Shown: in pieces, positions 13,416 through 28,229 of the stretch
Numbering within the stretch: the stretch's first letter is position 1
Layout of the letters: each line of letters opens with the position of its first letter
DNA from: Eledone cirrhosa
Taxonomy: Eukaryota
Length of the DNA stretch: 64,000 nucleotides
Assembly (NCBI GenBank): GCA_964016885.1
Contig: OZ024742.1
Span: 298,344,001-298,408,000 of the forward strand
Reading direction: 5' to 3'
Translations under genes and position numbers: made by a program
The notes under the pieces: model-generated
Told to the model about the DNA's origin: nothing
Database searches by the model: none
Seen by the model: only the letters and a program-made list of their open reading frames with translations

Positions 13416-16268
13416 GAAGTGGTCAATAATGCCTGGTATTTAGTCTACATTATAACTGTAAGCCACATTTTAACACGTCAAAATAGCTTTTTTAAAGTTG
13501 AAGCTTTCACATTAATATATTGTTTGATATATATAATAGAAGGTAGATGAGGCATCATGTTTAAGATTTGTTTACATTAAAAAACAAATACATTACATAA
13601 GGTATTAGGTATTTGTAATCTTAATTGGGAAGTTAGCTATAAAAATGAGCTGTTTTATCATAGAAGGAAAGGAATTGAACTCCAAACGTTATGATTGTGA
13701 GTCCAACACCCTAATCTCTAAACCACATAGTTTCATGATAATGATGTATTGATACATTATATAAAAAGAGAGATCAAACCACTTATATATTTAACATTTA
13801 ACAAGAACAAAGCTGGAACAAGGCCAACATTGATAGAAACTGGCAGAATCTTATGATCAATGTAAAAGTCAAAGTTGTCATTTAGAGCTGTCATCAAAAG
13901 AACACATCATGATAAAAGATGAACTTTATTTCAAGCATGTTTCCAGAAGTCCTCACCAATACTAATATATCTATATCTTTTATCTACTAAATCTTCAGTT
14001 TCATCAAATTTCAACATAAGCACCACCACCATGACTACTGCTACCACCACCTACACTGTTAGCTGCACTACCTCCATTACCACAATCACTTACAGCAGCC
14101 GCAGCAGCATTATTACTAGTACCACTGCCACCACCACAATCTCTAGCAACAACACTACTGCCTCCATTGATGCTAACACCAACACTACACTGACCACCAG
14201 TACAAGCATTACCTCTAGCCCTACCATTAGCACACACCAATTTCCCTTACTGAAATGGTTTGGACAGGTTGCTATGCTCTGAGTCAGGTTAGGGGAATAC
14301 ATATTTGGCATAGTTTCTACAGCTGCATACATTTTTAACATCAATTACTTTACAGTGCGTACTGGATTCATTTTATCATGCCACCAGCATTAGATACGCT
14401 GTCATACTCACAGAAAATTAAAATGTCCTCTCTGATCTGTTGTCTTTGATCACTAACCATTTTACATCATGTATGGATACACTTTATTGTGGCATCAGCT
14501 CTAGAGAGGTTTTAATGTTCTCAACAAACCTCAAGTCCTCCCTACCCTATGTTGTCTATGATCACCAACATAAACAATATGTGTGTGAAGTTCAGTTAAA
14601 CACACCATATATACTGAAATATAAGTCAACCTCCACATATTCTATGTCTGGAAAATGGGCAAAAATCATTTTAAAAAACAGTAATTTTGGTGTCTGTAAA
14701 GGCATACAGTTGCAGAATACTGCCTCAGAACGTTTCAATCAGCCCAAGCCAACAGGTAATAGTGGATGTAGAAATGATGACAAACAAGTGCTTTTCTGAA
14801 AGTCAAAATAGGAACAATAATACCAAATACTTTTCTGAAGCTGACACAACACTGAACTTAAAAGTTTCAAGTTTGTACACTTTTAAATCATATCTATAAT
14901 TCACACTAATAGGCAGTGTACATGAATAAAAAAACACAGGTGTAAGAAAAACTGAGGAATTAGCTACAGTGTGCCAGAGAAAAGATTATCCTGGTACAGA
15001 CATGTGAAGTATAGGGGACAAAGTACCAGGAATTTCTAATGGAATGGAGCTATAAAAGAGGATGACTGAGGAAGACCTGGGTAGAAGGCGTGACAACAGA
15101 TCTCAGAATGCTGAATTTCACAGAAGAGACAATAAATGAAAGCAATAAGTGGAGGAAAGCTGTGTATCTAACCTACTAAAGCATGGAAAAGCAGATGTAA
15201 AAACAATGAGGATGATGATGATGAGACAGTGATACATTGGTTTCAGGGTCTAATTTGAAAATAATTAGATAGTGGTTACAGTGATCCTCACTTTTATCAG
15301 TACTAATGTAAACACATTTTTGAAAGCACAAAATACAGAATACACCAAAGGCTGTGTCAAAAACTGCAGAGGAATGAAAAGTTATCGAAATAAAGAATGT
15401 ATATATATCCCCAAAGTTCATTCTATTACTGTATGTACATAGTCTAAATGAAAATCAAATCAAATGGACATTTGCTCCAGTACCTTAAGGTAAATTGAAT
15501 AATGACTGTTGACGCAATAACCCAGAAAAACTCAATGTAGTTTTCAGTAAATGTGATTGACATAATTATATTTCTGTTTATCCATTAACAGATCGAGATA
15601 TCTATTTAAAGATTCTCTGGCTAGCTACAGAGATATATTACATGAATAAGGTTGAAGAATTCAATATCCTACTGATTGTGTTATATAAACAAACTTGATG
15701 GTAGTAAGAATATATATAGTGTTCTATGTACAAATCTACATCGGATGGTCAAGCACTAAATGAAGCACTCAATACATGTGATGAGGATCAATACATGGGA
15801 TGGGGTTGATACAACTCACATATATGTATATTAGTAGGCATCCTACAAGGTTACATAAGATAGGCATCTTGGGTGTCATAAATAAGAGGCATTTTCACCG
15901 AAACTCTAAAGTCATTGTCACCTCTTTCTTTCAGTAGGAAAAATATAGTTTTGTGACTGAATGTACATGAACCAGCAAAGCTATAGAAATATTTTCCACT
16001 ACAAAATCTCCAAAATTTATGTTCTCAATGCAAAACAAAATAAAGTATGTTTCATTCTGAATGTGAATTTATTATGACAGGATAATATATCAGTTTTATT
16101 TATTTTTTGACATGGTATAATGTTCTACTTAAAGCAAGGGTAACATAATATTTGGTATTCATACCTTTCTCAACAATATTAGGTCCTAGCTAAGAATTGT
16201 TTTAATGTCACAGCTTCAGTTCACTGATAGCTTGTCTTTCGCTTTATACTTCTTACTTTTATTATAAA

Positions 16269-16863
16269 CTAGCTGTGGTACCCGGCATTGCACGGGATAA
16301 GGAATTTTGGAACGCGTGTTGCCAACAGACCTAATCGTGGAAAAACTGCATGCCTGGACAATATGTAAAGAAAATAAACCGAATACTCTGATGGCTGGAT
16401 AATCTTTAAGATTTTCCTCGATAAAGCAGGAAAAATGCAGGTTTTCACCTAATGCGGGCCCTAGGGGATCAAGAAAATGAATTTTTTTTATGTGCATAAT
16501 ATGCCTTGAAATTTTTGGAAACCCTAGGAATTAAGTTTTTCCCCTATAATGGGCCCTAGGCCATAAAAAAGTTGGATTTTCTTTGCTCAAGGTATGAAGA
16601 AAAGACTGACTAATACATAGTTACAATTTCAAGGAAATTGGTCTGACGTAACGCCTCAAAAAACCCCTAAAAAGCTGAAAAAATGCAGTTTTTCACCTAA
16701 TGCGGGTCCTCGGGGATCAAACAGTTGAATTTTTATGTGCATAACACTCCCTGAAACATAAGTAATACACATGTAAAGTTTGAAAAAAATCGGTTGGGTA
16801 CTTCTCGAGTTTTAGGGATTCAAACTCACACACACACACAGACATCCTCAGTCTTATATATAT
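16269..16863 (-). mobile_element. Non-autonomous Helitron (same family as 6965-7865)
   Basis: Hairpin cccgtgcaatgccggg + CTAG|T end; (CA)n-gacatcctcag near the other end. Confidence 0.75.
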
Positions 16864-18622
16864 AAAGTGTTGGTATCAGGAAGGACATCCAACTATAAAA
16901 AAAAATAGGAAAGACAGTATAAAGACAACGATGATGATGGTGATGGTGATGATGAAACATTCGTTAATTTATCTGCTCTGTATTTACAAACTCACTTTTT
17001 CCATTAAAATTCAAAGCCATAATAACATTGAGTTTATAATAATAATATAATTGTTTCCAACATGTTGCTGATAACCTTTAGCTTATACGTCTTAGCAAAG
17101 AAATATTTACTTTAGAACTTTGCTATACATAACTATTTTCAGTTTCACTTATTACTTTCATTCAATCTATTCAACCTTCCTTTCAATGAATCAGAAGAAA
17201 AAGAAAGCTGATTTTATCCAATGATATTTCAGAAAAATCAATATCTGATATATTTTAGTAGATTATTTCAGGGAAAAACTATAACAGTGATTTGCTTATG
17301 AAAAAGGTTTCATTCAGATTAGTTGCACAATACCTTGATTTTATGAGAACTGTATCATTGACCGACTGAAAGCATTGACCAAATGCCAAGTTTATTCATA
17401 ATAAGTGCAGGCATAGCCATGAGGTTAAGAAGTTTGCTTTGCAACCATGTCGTTTCAGATTTGATCCCACAGTGTGGCAATTTGCGCAAGTGCCTTCGGC
17501 TATACTCTCTGTCTGACAAATGCCTTCTGATTGAAATTTGATCAATAGAAATTGTGCAAAAGCCCATCACTTACGTGTGTGCATTTGCCTCAATATATAT
17601 CTTCACATTGATGACCTATGACATTTATGTCCAGCAGCTTAACAGTTTGATGAATGAAGATCAATAGAATAATACCATACTTGACAAATAAGTGTTGGCC
17701 TTGGGAAGAGTAACCAGCCATAGAACAAACCCTTAAGACCATGACAATATGGGAAAGGCAGACACAAAAAGAACATCATCATCATTTTACATCTGTTAAA
17801 CAAACTGGCTATGGGTTAGACAGGTTGTCATGGTTCAAGGATAGACAGGTCAATGGACCACATTTTACTCATATGCCCAATTTTTAGCATAGATTCAATA
17901 GCTGGATGCTCTTCCTCATGCCAACCACTTTACAGAATGTACTGGGTGCATGTCATAGGGACAGGTCACTAACACTAAGCATATCCAGTGTTAAGTGGTA
18001 GTGTGGTACCACCACTAGAGAGGTCATTGTATCCTCAGTATGGAGATAGTAATGGAGAGGTAAAGAAAAGTAAGAGGTAAGTGGACATGTGAAGAAAGTA
18101 ATGGTAGCTACTTGTTTCTTACTGATGATGATGATAATAAACAATATAAGCCAGCCAGGCTAAATGAAATGTTTGACCTGGCTGACTTAACATCACAAAA
18201 TATTTCAGACTAATTAAAAATAAGGAAACCTTTAAAATCCTAAATAACCACAAAAGAAATGAATAAACAGAGGTGAGAGAAAATTAGATATAACTTTCAA
18301 AATTTAATTTTGCTCTCCCATATTTATGAGACCTGACACAATCACTTGAAATAGCAATAAAGGGAAACATAGACAGAATATTGTTCCCACAACTGACTTT
18401 TGTTCACATTTAACAACTACCTGTTTATTAAATTTACAGGGTGATTTAAGAAAGAAAAGTGAATGCTATTAATTTCTTACACTGGGGAAGCTGTACTGAG
18501 TTATAATATTAGCCAAGTAAACAGTCCAATCAGCTGGAAAAAATAAGTCGCAGCAGCTGGGGATTAACTCTGTAACAGACTGGCATTCCACACAAGGAGG
18601 TGAGTCTCGTATTCTCAGTTGC

Positions 18623-19069
18623 TTAACCCTTTAGTATTTAAACCGGCTGTATCCAGTGCATGGCTTAGTGGTTAGAGAGTCAGATTCACAATTATGAGGT
18701 TGCGAGTTCAATTCTCAGAGCGGGTGATGTTTTTTGTCTTTGAGCATGACACTTTATTTTACATTGCTCCTCCAGCCAGGAATTGCATCCGGTAGATAGG
18801 ATCAGCAATAGAAAGACCAATGGAAACATTGTTTCCTTGGTCCGATTTGATGAGGTCCACCACACAAGGCAAGCGAATGAAGTCTGGATCTTGTCAATCG
18901 ATCAGAGAGAGAGATTCGGCCAGAATTCTTTCATCTCTTTCTGTTCAAACTGGCCATAATTGGTGGCTCATTAAGGTATTGTTCTCAAATAAATAACATC
19001 AAAATTTCATAGATTTGATAATATGTGAGATAAAGCCTTTACATAGTAATGTAAATGCGAAAGGCTTAA
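18623..19069. mobile_element. piggyBac-like MITE (TTAA ends) splitting an older SINE and carrying a nested SINE head (18657-18770)
   Basis: TTAAccctttagtattta ... taaatgcgaaaggcTTAA imperfect TIRs. Confidence 0.5.
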
Positions 19070-19590
19070 TTCTAATGAATATCTTATAAACTGTGGTATG
19101 ATGAGCCTCTGGGCTCAAGACAGACAAACTTTATTGAAGCAATTATGTTTAAGAAAAAGTATGAAAATTAAAATACTTTATAAAATTTCTTTTGCAATTA
19201 AATTAAATATTTTCAAATTAAAAATGAACTGTAGAAAAAACGTCCTTTAAAATATATTCATAACTAATGTACTAAGTTAAACATCAGATTTTGCAATAAG
19301 AAAATTGGTGCAGTGTTTTTATCAGCAGGCCCATGTAAAGCTGGTACTAAACAGAAACCAAATGTAAAATATAGGTCCCTAAAGGTACTAAACTTTGACC
19401 AAATGAAAAACGTAGGCTCTATTTCAAACTGCCCATTAAGTATTTTAGTAATCAGTGCTAAATATTTATCATTTATTTATGTATGGATTAGGAGGATATA
19501 TATGTAAAAGGTAAACAGAAATAACAACACAATCGGTGCAGTATATGGAAGGTGTATATTAGGTTAATGCTTGATATAGCAGGAAGAGGG

Positions 19591-19626
19591 TCTTAACGTT
19601 TTGGACGCTAGTCCTTCATCAGAAGA
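19591..19626 (-). ncRNA. Degenerate minimal hammerhead ribozyme (G12>A) in an inverted PLE end
   Basis: RC: tctt CTGATGA a ggac-tagc-gtcc AAAA cg TT aaga. Confidence 0.6.
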
Positions 19627-19629
19627 AAG

Positions 19630-21000
19630 ACCATACCACTCCGGCAACATACCCTCCGTTCCTTCCGTATCCTCTCTTCTGACCCCATCACTTCTCGCTT
19701 TTTTGCAAACCCACCCATTACTGCTTTTAAGTGCGCCCGAAACCTCCGTGACCTCCTGGTTCGCAGTTCTTTTTCGTCCTCTCCCACGACTCCACTCGGC
19801 TCTCATCCTTGTTCTCGTTCCGGCTGCAACCCCTGTCCCTTTATTTCCACCCTCACCCCTCTTACAGGCCCTAACGGGTCTTTCCATATCCGTCATTCCT
19901 TCACCTGCACATCCACCCATGTTGTCTATGCCCCCTGGTGTTCCCTTTGCGGGTCTTTATATATCGGACAAATGGGACGCTGCATGGTGGACCGTTTTGC
20001 CGAACATTTGAGTGACATACGACTCGGTTTGGATACTCCTGTCGCCCGTCATTTCTGTTCTCCTGGTCATTCTTCCCTACATGTTTCAGTCCTGGGTGTC
20101 CTTTTACATCATAGATCACAGGGCTCGCGCACTAGGACTGAATAAAGTCTGATTCACTGTCTTGGGTCCTATTCCCCTATTGGACTCAACTCACTTCCCC
20201 AATTTCTCTAATACCCCATCCATTATCACACCCCTAAGTCACTGTCTCCACCACCACCTCATTCCCCACGGTTTCCGCCTCAAGTTTCAAGTTTCACCCC
20301 ACCTCTTACTCTGCTCCACCACTGAGCCCATCCTTACTTGCTCCTCTCGCCAGCTCATGCGGGCGACCATTCGATCAACTCTCGCCCAAATCCGTTCTCT
20401 CGACCGAGATCTCCCCAAGGCCTACCTCCATCTCTCCTCCACTTGCCACCCTTTCCTCGCCCAATCCCTTATCCAATTCATCCTTTACCTCAATCGCCTC
20501 CTTTTCAATTTCCTCACTTCTGCAAAAAACCATAAACTCGACTCACTCCGCTCCCCGCCTGCCCTCAACACCCATACTCATATCACTTCCAACCCTAACC
20601 CCTCTATCCCGTCACCTACCACTGAATCTGCACACGCTTTGCCCAACCACCTTGACCCCTCCTCTTCCGCCTCTTTCACTCCCTCGTGTCCCTGCACTGT
20701 AGTTACCATACTCTAGGACCTACCACACTCCGAAGCTGAGCGCTCCCTCCTCTCCCGTGGTTTGCGTTTTATACCAACCACATCTACCTGCGACGAGTTC
20801 AGCACACATGCTGAGACTGAAGGGCTCTTCCGTCGTTAAAAGCTGAAAGTTTTTTTTCACGACATGCCATCATCAAGACAGACGGATGGATGACTTCACT
20901 CATCTCAGTCGCCAGCAATCATATTGGACGCCGAGATCTGGCCAGTTCAGCACTCTCGACTACTTTGTCGATACTTGCCGGCGTACTGTGAATTGGTTCC
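19630..21000 (+). mobile_element. Penelope-like element remnant: GIY-YIG endonuclease (19720-20190) followed by the N-terminal region of a second, tandem copy
   Basis: Manual translation ARNLRDLLVRS..HPCSRSGCNPC..FTCTSTHVVYAPWCSLCGSLYIGQMGR..RFAEHL (frame not in the ORF track); downstream HLIPHGFRLK and LLSRGLRFIPT N-terminal motifs. Confidence 0.85.
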
Positions 21001-21610
21001 ATATATATATATACATGTTTTTTACATGAATTAACAATAGAATAAATGAATTAGAACTAAGTTTAGAGAAGCAAACCCCTTAATATTATAGGCCCATGCC
21101 AACTGGTCTACCTGCTTCCTTACCGTTTGATGTGACTAAGTCATTAAGGAATATGATGTGTTGTTTTATCTACATTCTTCATATTATGTCTGAGTGATTA
21201 GCAAAACAATTCTGTGACCTGGTGTTTTATTCATTACCATTTGAAACCATTTTATTATTCGCTTCATTTATTCTATTAATACTTCTTATATCCATCTGCT
21301 GGACTCCCTTTACACAGGTTCGATGTTACAGATGCACTTTTAAAGTGCTCATATTTAAATTCAAACATTCCATTTTAATTTCATTTTAAATTAGGATTGA
21401 AACGCCAACTTGTTACTGAAACAGTTGTTATATTATTAAATCCCTTCAAAGTTTTGGTCATTATGAAAATTAATTGAAAACCATAGGTAGTGTATTTTAT
21501 TAGAAATATGGTAATGAAAGTGTTAGTGTACTTGGAATGTTTTTAACTAAGGGCTTTAATCCAGCTGGTGTTTACATTAACTTTTATTATTATCATTATT
21601 ATTATATTAT

Positions 21611-21830
21611 AGGGCAGCAGTGAATTGGCAGTATCGGTAGAGCATCAGACACCCTGCTTCGCAGCATAGAGTTATGGCCATTTACGTTTTGAGTTCAAAT
21701 CCTGCTGTGGTTAGTTTTGCCTTTTATCTTCATAGGGTCAATAAAATAAAGCACCAGGGTAGATTTAATCGACTTTCACCTCCTGCAAAATTGCTGGCTT
21801 TGTGCCCATAGTAGAAATCATTAGTACTAT
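21611..21830 (+). mobile_element. SINE family 2 copy (plus a partial head at 21835-21900)
   Basis: Similarity to 61002-61190. Confidence 0.7.
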
Positions 21831-21904
21831 TATTTGGATTGGCAGTATCGGTAGAGGTTCGGACGCCATGCTTTGACGCATAGAGTTACGGCCCTTGCCA
21901 TTCT

Positions 21905-24409
21905 GTGTACCCTTGCCATTCTGTGTACCCAAGTTCTGCATTGTGTGCATTTATAGAATTTATGCCAGTTCCTTTTCTGCATATCGAACATGGCCATTTC
22001 CCTGACGGAATCAGAGTTTTGTCCTCTTTTCTACTCATCAACACTTTTGTCTTAGCCAGGTTCACTCTCAGTCCTCTTGCTTCCAACTGCTGTTTCTATA
22101 GCCAGAATTTATTCTCTAGCTCCGCCACTGATTCTACTATAAGAACCAGTTCGTCAGCATAGAGAAGTTCCCATGGACAGCCAGTCTTAAACTCCTCTGT
22201 TATGGCTTGGAGGACTATAATGAACAAGAGCGGGCTGAGGACCGAACATTGATGTACTCCTACTTGTATCTGGAATTCCTCACTAAACTCCATTCCTACC
22301 CTGACTTTACTGACAGTACCTTTGTACAAAGTTTGCACTGTCCTCACAAACCATTCCTCAACACCTAGTTTCCTTAGGGACCACCAGATGACAGATCGGG
22401 GTACCTTATCAAAGGCCTTCTCTAGGTCAACAAAGGCTAAGTATAGTGGCTTATTTTTCTCTAAGAACCTCTCTTGCAATTGTCTCACCAAGAAGAGGGC
22501 ATCTGTTGTACTCTTCCCAGGCACAAAACCAAACTGCATCTCATCTAGTTTGACCCTTTCTCTAATTAGTGGTGCTAATATCCTTTCTGTCACTTTCATA
22601 ACCTGATCCATCAGTTTCATACCCCTATAACTGCTCCTCTCCAAAGCATCCTCTTTACCTTTGTAACAATTTATGAGAATACTGCTGCACCAGTCTTTGG
22701 GTATGACACCACCATATATAGCCTGATTGATGATGCGTGCAACCAGTTTAGTGCCTACGTCCCCTGATGCCTTCAGAATCTCAGCAACTATTCCCGATGG
22801 TCCTGCAGCCTTACCATTTTTCATTTCCTTAATCGCTCTTGGACCCTATATTCGTCAATCTCAATAGCTGGTCCCTCTGGCAGATCTACTGAGGGTAATT
22901 TCTACTCTCCCATTCGTTCTCCACATTCATCAGTCTCTCATAATGACATTTCCAGGCCCCCTTTTTCTGATCATTCATGAGACTAAGTACACCGGCATCA
23001 TTCCGGAAACATTTATCTCCAACAACATCCTGATTTACACTAATACACTGCCTTGCAATGTGGAACACAGCACGCCTCTGATCTTCCCATCGCAGAACAT
23101 TGGCAAACCTCCTACTCTCAGCCTCCCTGTGTGCTAAGTACACCTGATGTCTAGCTTCTCTCTTAACGGCTGTATATTCTTCCCTACTCCTACCCCTTTT
23201 CCAAGCCTTCCATGCTAGTCTTTTGTCTCTAATGGCCTTATCTACTGTGTTGTTCCACCACCAGGTCACCCTCTGTCTGGTTGGAGCTCTGCTCCAGCTA
23301 CAAGTTTCATCAGTAGCCTGAGTAAGTTGTCACGTAAGAAATTCCAGTTATTATCTATGTCATACGTCTCTAAATCGTCTTCTTTTTCGTCATACACATC
23401 TTGAAGGGCTTTCCTAAATTTGTATTTTATTGAAAGGTCTTTTAACTTCCAGACCTTTCTTCTCCACACCTTCCTGTATGTCTCATTCCATCTCTTGCTT
23501 ACTGAGATGTCACTAACGACTAACCTATGCTGTGGGGTACATTCTTCCCCAGGGTATGCCTTGGTATTAGACACTAACTGCCTGTCCCGCTGCCTAACTA
23601 CTAAGAAGTCAATCTAGCTTATGTGCTTGCCAGATTTGTAGGGTATTAGGTGATTGGCAGGTCTCTGGAAGTTTGTGTTGCAAATAGTCAGTGTACTTGC
23701 ATCACAAAATTCAAGAAGTCTCACTCCTTCTTCATTTCTTGAGCCATAACCGTGCCCACCATGTACCCCAGTGTAACCATCCTGGAGCTGTCCAACATGA
23801 CCATTGAAGTCCCCTGCCAGCACAACGATATCTCCGTCCTCTGTCATTGCGGCTGCCTGTAAAAGTTGCTCGTAAAAGCAGTCTTTCTCATCTTTGCCTA
23901 GGCCTGCTTGGGGAGCATAGACCGAGATGATTGTCAGTAGTCTCCTGCCTACAACTAATCTAAGCTTAATTATTTGATTACTAACTCGAACTACCTCTAT
24001 TATCTTATTGATCAATCTCTCAGCCAGGAAAATGCCTACTCCCCCTAACCCATCATCCTTACCTACCCAGAAAAGTTTATAGCTAAGATGTTTGCCTATG
24101 ACTAGTCTCGCAGAGGCACCTCTCCATCTCACCTCTTGCACGCAGCACACATCCACATTCCTTCTCTCCAGCATCTCCGCTATTTCAGCAGATCTACCTC
24201 TGAGAGTGCCAACATTAAGTGTTGCAACTCTGAGATGTGACGTCTTCATATTTTGTTGTTGTTCCTTTCTATTTGTTGCTGTGCTGATAAGCGTTTTGGC
24301 ATTGATACACTGGTTGGATGCCCTTCCTAACACCAGCACCACTTTACAGCATGGACTGGGTGCTTTTATTTGTGCCACCAGCACTAGAGAAGATATCTTA
24401 CTAGACTCA
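21905..24409 (-). mobile_element. RTE-clade LINE (family B), 5' UTR + APE + RT, 3'-truncated in the PHD-like finger
   Basis: [31 protein letters not shown]; [23 protein letters not shown]; WPCSIC. Confidence 0.93.
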
Positions 24410-24520
24410 ATATATATATAAATATGTATATGTATATATATGTATATATATGTATATATATATGTATATGTATATATATGTATATATATATATATGTATA
24501 TATATACATATATATACATA

Positions 24521-24600
<80 letters not shown>

Positions 24601-24639
24601 TACATATACATATATATATATGATGATGATGATACATAT

Positions 24640-25168
24640 CATTATCATCATCATTTTACGTCCGCTTTTCCCTGCTTGGAAGGGTTAGACGGGTCCTATT
24701 CAGCACAGCATCTCTCCACTTGTCACGGTCCTTCATCATCATCTCCGTGAGCTTCAGCAATCTGAGGTCTGCTCTCGTTACCTCCGCCCATGTTTTTCGT
24801 GGTCTACCTCTACTGCGTCTTCCATCTACTGGGATTTCTTGGCACTTCTTTACCCAGCGGTCATCCTCCATGCGCATCACATGTCCTTACCAGCTCAGCC
24901 TTCTATCCTGCACACCACCACTTATCCCTCTTATATCCAATTTCTTTCTCAACTCGTCTATGCTTGGTTGTTCACGCACATTGACATTGCACATCCAACA
25001 GAGCATACTTGCTTCATTTCTCTCCAGCCGTCGCATATCTTCTGCAGTTGCTGCCCATGTCTTACTACCATGCAGCATCGCGCATCTCACACAGCAGGCA
25101 TCATATAACCGTCCTTTCGTACGTAGGGAGAAACCCTTCTTTGTCAACAGAGGAAGCAGCTCCCTAAA
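24640..25168 (-). mobile_element. RTE LINE 3' fragment (family B)
   Basis: [23 protein letters not shown]; (ATG)n tail; 5' end abuts (TA)n. Confidence 0.9.
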
Positions 25169-25502
25169 CATATATACATATATATATATATATATATGAA
25201 TAAAATGGCGAGCTATTGGGTTGCAATTAAGTATAATGAAAAATAAAAGTTACGGGCGAAAGAGAGGGGTATCCCGTCAGTTGTCTACTAGGAATCATTG
25301 GTATTTCATCGCATTAGAGACAATATACCTCAGCCTAGGGTGAACAATAATGATAATAAGTTATTCGTATAAAAGAAGGGGTGGAGGAGAGAAAAACATG
25401 TAAACAGACACGAAGTAAAGAGAGGAAAAATAGGAAAATATCAAGTCAACAACTCATTTCGAACATAAGAACTAGAGAAAAAAAGACACATATATATATA
25501 TT

Positions 25503-25769
<267 letters not shown>

Positions 25770-25815
25770 CATATATATATACATACATATATATATATAT
25801 ATATACATACATATA

Positions 25816-26048
25816 GTGGTAGAACACTAGAAGGTAATATCCATAGTGGTAAAGCACTCAGTCCATGGGACGACTAGTGTAGAAGTGGTTACACAACAGT
25901 TAGTTCACCATACCGAGAACAATTGTTTCACCTTTGCAGATCCTCAACTCGTAATGGACATGGTTATACGGCATTACGAGCTGAAGATCCGCTAAGGTGA
26001 AACAATTGTTCTCGGTATGGTGAACTAACTGTTGTGTAACCACTTCTA
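25816..26048 (-). mobile_element. Fold-back mini-element 1 (77-bp arms 25880-25956 / 25972-26048, 64-nt unpaired tail), hammerhead in each arm
   Basis: Inverted repeat visible directly; flanked by (TA)n on both sides. Confidence 0.85.
25977..26014 (+). ncRNA. Minimal type I hammerhead ribozyme (mirror copy with C3>U at 25914-25951, minus strand)
   Basis: cgag CTGAAGA tccgctaaggt GAAA caattg TT ctcg; stem I cgag/ctcg, palindromic stem III. Confidence 0.75.
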
Positions 26049-26154
26049 TATACATATATACATATATATATATACATACATATATATATACATATATATA
26101 CATATATATATACATCATCATCATTTTACGTCCGCTTTTCCCTGCTTGCATATA

Positions 26155-26186
<32 letters not shown>

Positions 26187-26201
26187 CATATATATATATA
26201 C

Positions 26202-26244
<43 letters not shown>

Positions 26245-26245
26245 C

Positions 26246-26298
<53 letters not shown>

Positions 26299-26394
26299 CA
26301 TACATATATATATATATACATACAAAATTAGAATTGGTGCTCTGAAATAGCGATATATATATGAATGTATATATAGTGTATTTTGCAATACACT

Positions 26395-27880
26395 GTATCT
26401 GATCCCTCTTATTCCTAATTTTCTCACTTAGATCATTTATGCTTTGCCGTTCACGTATATTACTATTACACATCCAATGGAGCATGCATGCTTCGTTCCT
26501 TTCCAGTCTACGCAGGTCCTATGCATCTAATGCCCATGTCTCACTGCCATGTAGCATTGCTGGGTATTTTGTTAGAGATGCCTACTGACTTTAGTAGGTT
26601 TTACTTTGTATTTAGGTAACGCGGGTCTTCTCTATTACTGAGTACCGCCAAAGCTCTCGGTCCAGTGACATTATCTTGGAGAGGTGTAAGTGTGTGAGGT
26701 CGGAATTTATCAGCTCGTCCCAGGTTTTTCTGGGTCTGCCTACTCCGTGGCTACCGTCTATCTTTATTGCCCTGCACTTTGTTATACAGCTATCGTCTTT
26801 CATACGCATCACGTGACCACCATATATAGCCTGATTGATGATGCGTGCAACCAGTTTAGTGCCTACGTCCCCTGATGCCTTCAGCATCTCAGCAACTATT
26901 CCCGATGGTCCGGCCGCCTTACCATTTTTCATTTCCCTAATCGCCTCTTGGACCCTATATTCGTCAATCTCAATAGCTGGTCCCTCTGTCGGATCTACCA
27001 AGGGTAATTTCTACCATTCGTTCTCCACATTCATCAGTCTCTCATAATGACATTTCCAGGCCCCCTTTTTCTGGTCATTCGTGACACTAAGTACACCGGC
27101 ATCATCCCGGACACATTTATCTCCAACAACATCCTGATTTGCATTGACACACTGCCTTGCAATGTGGAACACCGCACGCCTCTGATCTTCCCGTCGCAGA
27201 ATATGTGCAAACCTCCTACTCTCTGCCTCCCTGCGTGCTAAGTACACCTGATGTCTAGCTTCTCTCTTAGTGGCTGTATATTCTTCCCTACTCCCACCCT
27301 TTTTTCCAAGCCTTCCATGCTAGTCTTTTGTCTCTAATAGCCTTATCTACTGTGCTGTTCCACCACCAGGTCACTCTCTGTCTGGTTGGAGCTCTGCTCC
27401 AGCCACAGGTTTCATCAGTAGCCTGCAGCAAGTTGTCACGTAAGAACTTCCAGTTATTACCAGGAAAATGCCTACTCCCCCTAGCCCATCATCCTTACCT
27501 ACCCAGAATAGCTTATAGCTAAGACGCTTGCCTACGACTAGTCTCGCAGAGGCACCTCTCCATCTCACCTCTTGCACGCAGCACACATCCACCTGCCTTC
27601 TCTCCAGCATCTCCGCTATTTCAGCAGATCTACATCTGAGAGTGCCAACATTAAGTGTTGCAACTCTGAGATGCAACGTCTTCATATTTTGTTGTTGTTC
27701 CTATGCTGTTTTGTTGCTGTGCTGATAAGCGTTTTGGCATTGATACACTGGTTGGATGCCCTTCCTAACACCAGCGCCACTTTACAGCATGGACTGGGTG
27801 CTTTTATTTGTGCCACCAGCACTAAAGAGGATGTCTTACTAGACTCAAGGGCCCTCTCTACCCCTCCATTTTACAGCATG
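26395..27880 (-). mobile_element. Chimeric, internally deleted RTE: family B 5' part fused to a family A 3' end
   Basis: ORF 26612-27001 reads IINQAIYGG|HVMRMKDDSC; 27371-27685 joins APE start to linker; extra A fragment at 26395-26560. Confidence 0.85.
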
Positions 27881-28108
27881 GTCATAAAAAAAAAAATTAA
27901 AAAAAATAAAAAAAAACACAAACACTCACACACCAATACTCATGCATACAAACCACAACCACACATACCAACACTCATTGATGCATACAATCACACACAC
28001 CACTCACAAACACACATATATATACATATATTACCGACAGTACTGATACAAAATCAAAATCGTCAAAGTCAAAATCAATATCATATTTATATATATATAA
28101 ATACATAC

Positions 28109-28139
<31 letters not shown>

Positions 28140-28190
28140 AATAAATATACACGGTTTGAAAATTGCAAACTTGACTGTCACCACAGAATA

Positions 28191-28229
28191 TGAACCTGAA
28201 GATTGCGAAAGCATGAAAGTACTTGTTCA
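28191..28229 (+). ncRNA. Minimal type I hammerhead ribozyme, apparently intact
   Basis: tgaac CTGAAGA t tgc-gaaa-gca t GAAA gtac TT gttca; perfect 5-bp stem I, GNRA-capped stem II, palindromic GUAC loop III. Confidence 0.85.

Noticed and set aside
14440-15830. ORF 14440-14799 and exon-like stretch near 15590
   Set aside because: No motif, stops in the extended frames, no convincing splice structure.
25288-25338. Hammerhead-like motif on the minus strand (ctagg CTGAGGT..GAAA..TT cctag)
   Set aside because: Core lacks A9 and stem III is irregular; not counted, though it may be a decayed copy.
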